A stretch of DNA of 63,839 bases, filler included, from Vannella sp. (Eukaryota), in assembly GCA_023345925.1 (NCBI GenBank). It is 8 parts of 8 records of this genome, joined end to end, with 100 filler letters (N's around TTAATTAATTAA, not from the genome) between each part and the next. Parts side by side here need not be neighbours in the genome. Positions count along the whole stretch, not along the records: positions 59,266 to 63,839 come from JAJQQN010001376.1; 7 more parts are not named here. One strand, given 5' to 3'. The first letter of the stretch is position 1. Each line of letters begins with the position of its first letter. A model generated the notes under the pieces. That model searched no databases. It was not told the DNA's origin and saw only the letters and a list, made by a program, of their open reading frames with translations. The position numbers and the translations under genes are program-made. This document shows, one piece after another, positions 59,267 to 63,839 of the stretch.

Positions 59267-59584
59267 GTGACGGCTTCTCCCAGTCCTTCTTTTACTGTCT
59301 CTGGATCGGTGACGCCTTCCCTTTCCGCTTCTTCGAGTATCACAGCCAGTGGATCTGAGGAGTCAATGATATCTCTCGTACCATCAATAGCAATCACTCC
59401 CTCCTCCACCTTCTTGCAATGGGATTTGGACTCTGTCTGCCCTTGTGACAATCCCAAGCTTCCTTCCCTTGTGACAATCCCATTCACTTCTTCTCGCAAC
59501 ACTCTTGATGAGGCCAGAGAGTCAGAAGAGCCGGCATTTGGACAACAAGAAGGCTCGATACAGATCGCTGGTTCACAACAATAA
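59267..59584 (+). CDS. 3' end of a Ser/Thr-stalk protein, truncated
   Basis: TASPSPSFTVSGSVTPSLSASSSITAS has the same alternating pattern as the receptor stalks. Confidence 0.55.
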   Translation: MTASPSPSFTVSGSVTPSLSASSSITASGSEESMISLVPSIAITPSSTFLQWDLDSVCPCDNPKLPSLVTIPFTSSRNTLDEARESEEPAFGQQEGSIQIAGSQQ

Positions 59585-59639
59585 ATGGATTGGTGAGGAA
59601 GAATTCTATTTGCTAGACTATCTCGGAAGGCTGACTGGC

Positions 59640-62600
59640 TTATTTGTTGCAGTGGTCCATGTGATGGTAGATGTAGGTGCAATTGACATTGCCTCCCCAG
59701 GCAGTTCTGCAACTGCAGTTTGCTCTTGTGTTATGTTTAGCTTGTCCGCAAGTGTAACAGAAGTGGGCTCCACAACGGCATGTGATGTGATTACATCCGG
59801 TCTCTTTGGAGACCCTCGCCCCACATTGAGGGCACCCGACAGCGCCCATGGCCTTCCAATCAGGCTCCCTGGATGCCCGAAGGTTTGCGCAACTCATCTC
59901 TTTGTGCACTGGGATTGGTTCTTTGAGGGTGAATGAACATCCCAAGCAATAGTCTGTGGCACATTGGTCGCATTTGGCACTGCTTGGACCCTTTCTGAAG
60001 ATCTGCTCGCAGTCTGGACCGTAGCAAACCTCAAAAGATGCAGTTTTCCTTGATAAATGGTGACGGTAGGACCTTGTGATCAAGTTTTGAAGGAGATTCC
60101 CGGACATCTGGTTGAAATCGTACCAAGTGAGAGGTGTATGGCATCCTTCGTTGTCGCAGCAGATAGGGAAAGTCAAGGCCGTGGCATCTTGGGGATTAAG
60201 CTTTGATACTAGACATTCTTGACAGTAGCTGTGACCACAAACAAGCGAGATTGGCTCCTCTGCATCATCCATACAAATGACGCACTCTGGATCCTCCTCC
60301 TTGCCAGAAGTGCGCTTTGCTCTCCGGAGTAAAGTAGCAGGCATTTCTCGGGTCAGGTTCAATTGATTCCTGTTCTTTTCAACCAGTCTGTCCACAGCCA
60401 TTTCGTTGGCTGCTCTGATTGTCAGAGAACACTTACCAGGGAAGTTTAAAACCTCAAAAATGTGGTTCTTTGTGTCTTTGAGCCTCCCCATGTTTTTGCG
60501 AACTTGGTTGGATTTGTTCTTTGGATAGTACAAAGTTACTTCAGACATATTCATCGCATTTGTGAGCAAATGGGCGAGTTTGGCTTGGATGATTTGAGCC
60601 CGGTCGCCAGTGGCAAAGATCAAAACACTACCTCTTTCAGGATGGCAGGAGACAAATCCACTCCTCTCAAGATTAATCTTCTCAATCTCCTCTTTCGCAG
60701 GTGAGCGGAAGAGAGATGAAATACTGGGATGTTCAAAAGGACGGGGTTGGAAGAGCGAAGAGATGTCTCTTTTGATTTGTTGGAGGAACTTGGCCTGTGG
60801 GTGGACCAGATCAAAGTCGCAGCTCAAAGTGATGAAGAAGTTCTGTTCATCCAATCTAGTCTTCGCATCAAGCCCTCCATTTTTCGCCTCATCAAGAAGT
60901 GGGCGAAGGGAGTTGACAAGTGAAGCTCCAAGCTTCTTTTCAAAGCTTAGCGTTGTAGAAATCGAGGCTACTGCTTCGGGCTGCTGCCCATAGAAGAGCT
61001 TCTTTGTCCCAGTGAGAGACCTGAATAAACCTAAAACACCTGGACCAGTGCTCCAGTTATCCACCTGCCTCATTAGCTCTTCTGCTTCTCTCACTCCTCC
61101 AGGACAATGCCGGGCGTAACTCCAACGAAGAGAGTCAGCAATCAATGACCCACTCTTGCCTCCTTCTGAACCAAAGACTTCGAGAACCATCTCGCTCGGA
61201 TTCGCTGAACCCTGTCGGTCAGCATCGCTTCCGTACCTCCGAATGACACGGACTTTGGTTATAACTCCAAACACCATATACAAACGCCACAGTTTCCTTT
61301 CTGAAAGGTCTGTTGGGACGTTTGTTATCGAGACTGTAGAACCGCGCAGTTGGCTAACAGCAATGGCCCTGCCATACACTGGAATGTTCCGACTCTCTTG
61401 GCTCGCTGTATGGGCCATCTGCTCTGTGGCAAATTCGATCTCTGCAGAGCCTGAATGAAGACCTTGGGGGCAATAGAGCATGACCCGAACAAGATCCTGA
61501 GAAACAATCTTTCTGTCTTCGACATCGACCGTTTTCGCGACCAAGAACTTTCCAGGCTCTACTTGCACATACTTGAGGGAGTCAGCCAACTGCTTTGCCG
61601 TCACAGGAGAGCTACAGTACGCAACAGCAGTGTGGGTCTGAACTCCGAGATGCAACTTCAGATAAAGAATATCAGAATGTCGAGGGGTTTGAGATTGGAG
61701 CAATGCCTTGATTCCAATGAGGTCGCAGCCAAAGGGAATCTCACTGATAACAACAGTTGAGCACTCTGATCCCAGTAGGAACTGGTCAATCACTCCTCCA
61801 GCTCCAATGAGGACTCGAGTACTCCCAACAATTGATGCTTCGTGTCGTTCTTGTCGTATTTGAGACGCGTATTCATCGGCGAGTGTGGTGATAAAGGATT
61901 TGACTTTGTTGATGTTACCGTCAGACGGTACTTCAACTGTGATGGTTCCCATATCCCGATTTAGCTCCACTGCTGCGTTGATTTGCTCCTCCAGTCTGTG
62001 AATGTTTGCAGCATGGACTCCACAAATGAGGTCGAGGACCGCACGAGATGTTTTGTGAACAAAGAGTGTCCGCTTGCGGGACTCCACGCATCTCCAGAAC
62101 TCTTCTCGAATCTCATCTGGGATGTTCTCGTCCTTTTGGTTGTACAAGATAGGAGTGACACCGAACAACTCTGTTTGAGCTCCTTTCTTCAAGGACTGAT
62201 ACACCACGTAGGTTACATCTTTGGTTTCCTTCATCCTACAAAAAGAAGAGTGACACAGCACGGCTGTGGCGCCTTGTTGCAGACAATTGGCTTGTGCATG
62301 ATTCCTCCGCTCTGTGATGTTCACAAAGAGGGACCTGGAAAGCAGCATTTGCATAAACTCCTCCATGCCTTCACAGTAGATCTCCTCAGCGGGGGTCTCA
62401 ATGTCGTACTTGGTACAGAGCTCGTTGTACTTGTAAGAGATCTGTAAGAGCACAAAGTGGGAGATCTGGTAGCGTTCACAAAACTCCTTTTGCCTCTTTG
62501 GCAAGGAAACCTTCTTTGAGGGGTTCGAGGGAGAAGCAGCCTTTGGTGCAAATGACTGCTCATTTAGAAGAGCTGCAAAAGGGTCGTAAGAACTAAAGTC

Positions 62601-63839
62601 ATCGACAAGAGAGGCAATAGGGGCTTGACCGATAGTATCCAAGATGTTACAAGTTTTCCACAAGAGGAAGATTTGCAGAGTAGCAATCACATCGCCATGA
62701 TTGCAGTTGACACCAAGTAGAGCAATGCCTTCCATTGCTTTTTTGATCCTTTTCTCTTGAGCTTTTGAGGCTCCATATCGGAGCTCGCCCCAAGGAGAGC
62801 TATTGACGGAGAGAATTGCAGCAAGAAGAACACCCAATTCAGTTTGGTTGTTGGTTCCTGCAAGGGAAATCAATCTTCCTATGATTGGGGAAACCTGATG
62901 AAGTGCTGTCTGAAGTCCCTGAGGTGTTAATTGATGTTTGTCATCCAAAGCCATGATAAACCTCAGCCGTTGTACTGCTGACCGAACCTCTTCAGGACGA
63001 GGTTCATTAATCCAACTGAAATGATCAAATCGGATGTCCATCGCTTCAACAGAAAGAAGTGCTGGTCCCAGTTCGCTTCGGAGAAGATGGGGAATGCCCT
63101 GGATCTGCATCTCTTCGTGTTGCTCTCTGGAGTAAATGCGGTAGCAATAACCTGGTGCTGTTCGCCCTGCTCGACCAGTCCTTTGTGTCGCTGAGCCTTT
63201 AGAGATAGCAACAATACGCTCAACATCCAAGTTTCGCTGGGCGTCGAAAAAGAGGCAACTTGTAAAGCCACAATCGATAACGCACTTGACGGATGGGACA
63301 GTCAAGGAAGTTTCCGCGACTGACGTGCTGAAAATGATCTTGCGCTTTGCCCCATAGTGCTTGTAGATCTTTCTTTGGTGGTGATAACCCTGTTTCTCAT
63401 GGAGAGCGAGAACTTGGATGTTCGATTCTTGGAAACCTTGCAAGTTGGCCATTTGGGTGACTGCTTTGTCCACTTCCTCGCAGCTGGAGAGGAACACTAG
63501 AATGTCTCCATACTTCTCCTTTGATCCTGGTTCGTTTTGGAGATCCAGAGCCAATTGTGATGCTTGCTCCAATGGCGAAGTACTTCCTTGGACTGGACGA
63601 TACTGCACATGAATTGGGAACTCACGGCCGGGCACTTCTAACTCTACAGTAAACTGAGGTCCAAAGAATGTACGATAATCTGAACGAGCAATGGTAGCTG
63701 AGGTGACGATAACCCTCAGAAGGTCTTTGTCAGGTATTCTCCGCATATGCTGATCAATCACTACTTGCTTTAGGCGACCCAGGATCAGGTCAGTCTCAGT
63801 GTTGCGTTCGTGAGCTTCGTCCACCATGATAACGGCATA
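59640..63839 (-). CDS. DEAH RNA helicase with KH/RRM-like domains and an RBR E3 ligase (DEAH11/12-type), 5'-truncated
   Basis: DEAHER, TSAT, STSVAETSLT, QRTGRAGR, HA2 region; C-terminal CVIC..CGHSYC..C, IBR, CPQC..K..GCNHITC.CG.HFC. Confidence 0.93.
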   Translation of the reverse strand, partial: YAVIMVDEAHERNTETDLILGRLKQVVIDQHMRRIPDKDLLRVIVTSATIARSDYRTFFGPQFTVELEVPGREFPIHVQYRPVQGSTSPLEQASQLALDLQNEPGSKEKYGDILVFLSSCEEVDKAVTQMANLQGFQESNIQVLALHEKQGYHHQRKIYKHYGAKRKIIFSTSVAETSLTVPSVKCVIDCGFTSCLFFDAQRNLDVERIVAISKGSATQRTGRAGRTAPGYCYRIYSREQHEEMQIQGIPHLLRSELGPALLSVEAMDIRFDHFSWINEPRPEEVRSAVQRLRFIMALDDKHQLTPQGLQTALHQVSPIIGRLISLAGTNNQTELGVLLAAILSVNSSPWGELRYGASKAQEKRIKKAMEGIALLGVNCNHGDVIATLQIFLLWKTCNILDTIGQAPIASLVDDFSSYDPFAALLNEQSFAPKAASPSNPSKKVSLPKRQKEFCERYQISHFVLLQISYKYNELCTKYDIETPAEEIYCEGMEEFMQMLLSRSLFVNITERRNHAQANCLQQGATAVLCHSSFCRMKETKDVTYVVYQSLKKGAQTELFGVTPILYNQKDENIPDEIREEFWRCVESRKRTLFVHKTSRAVLDLICGVHAANIHRLEEQINAAVELNRDMGTITVEVPSDGNINKVKSFITTLADEYASQIRQERHEASIVGSTRVLIGAGGVIDQFLLGSECSTVVISEIPFGCDLIGIKALLQSQTPRHSDILYLKLHLGVQTHTAVAYCSSPVTAKQLADSLKYVQVEPGKFLVAKTVDVEDRKIVSQDLVRVMLYCPQGLHSGSAEIEFATEQMAHTASQESRNIPVYGRAIAVSQLRGSTVSITNVPTDLSERKLWRLYMVFGVITKVRVIRRYGSDADRQGSANPSEMVLEVFGSEGGKSGSLIADSLRWSYARHCPGGVREAEELMRQVDNWSTGPGVLGLFRSLTGTKKLFYGQQPEAVASISTTLSFEKKLGASLVNSLRPLLDEAKNGGLDAKTRLDEQNFFITLSCDFDLVHPQAKFLQQIKRDISSLFQPRPFEHPSISSLFRSPAKEEIEKINLERSGFVSCHPERGSVLIFATGDRAQIIQAKLAHLLTNAMNMSEVTLYYPKNKSNQVRKNMGRLKDTKNHIFEVLNFPGKCSLTIRAANEMAVDRLVEKNRNQLNLTREMPATLLRRAKRTSGKEEDPECVICMDDAEEPISLVCGHSYCQECLVSKLNPQDATALTFPICCDNEGCHTPLTWYDFNQMSGNLLQNLITRSYRHHLSRKTASFEVCYGPDCEQIFRKGPSSAKCDQCATDYCLGCSFTLKEPIPVHKEMSCANLRASREPDWKAMGAVGCPQCGARVSKETGCNHITCRCGAHFCYTCGQAKHNTRANCSCRTAWGGNVNCTYIYHHMDHCNK

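Overview
The window is not contiguous. It joins eight contigs with an artificial 100-bp linker (N44-TTAATTAATTAA-N44), so gene neighbourhoods hold only within a contig. The DNA comes from a very gene-dense microbial eukaryote. It uses the standard genetic code, has many ~42-57-nt spliceosomal introns and tiny intergenic spacers, and its gene content would fit an amoebozoan-like protist (taxon is inference). I reconstructed spliced models by hand; several are absent or fragmented in the ORF track (MESH1/HDDC3, UFM1, HisRS, RRP36, the coiled-coil gene). Housekeeping genes include ACAP ArfGAP, MTFP1, LTA4H, WIPI/ATG18, RRP36, PSMA7, PET117, TENT4, UFM1, RMC1, PAQR, LAS1, RAB11, TBCEL, MRPL12, VPS18 and COX20. 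Highlights: (1) a coiled-coil gene that aligns by eye with plant ZYP1, a candidate synaptonemal-complex transverse filament implying meiosis; (2) a nitrobindin-rhodanese fusion; (3) a stand-alone RIG-I/Dicer-type helicase with a dsRBD-like tail; (4) GST-2xAHSA1, MRH-lectin plus bacterial-type barrel, and UBL-TPR-SGNH fusions; (5) single-pass LRR-mucin-GPS receptors with one LRR per symmetric exon; (6) a decaying intronless RCC1-repeat family; (7) an intron-containing bacterial-type nagB. All family calls come from motif recognition, not database searches.
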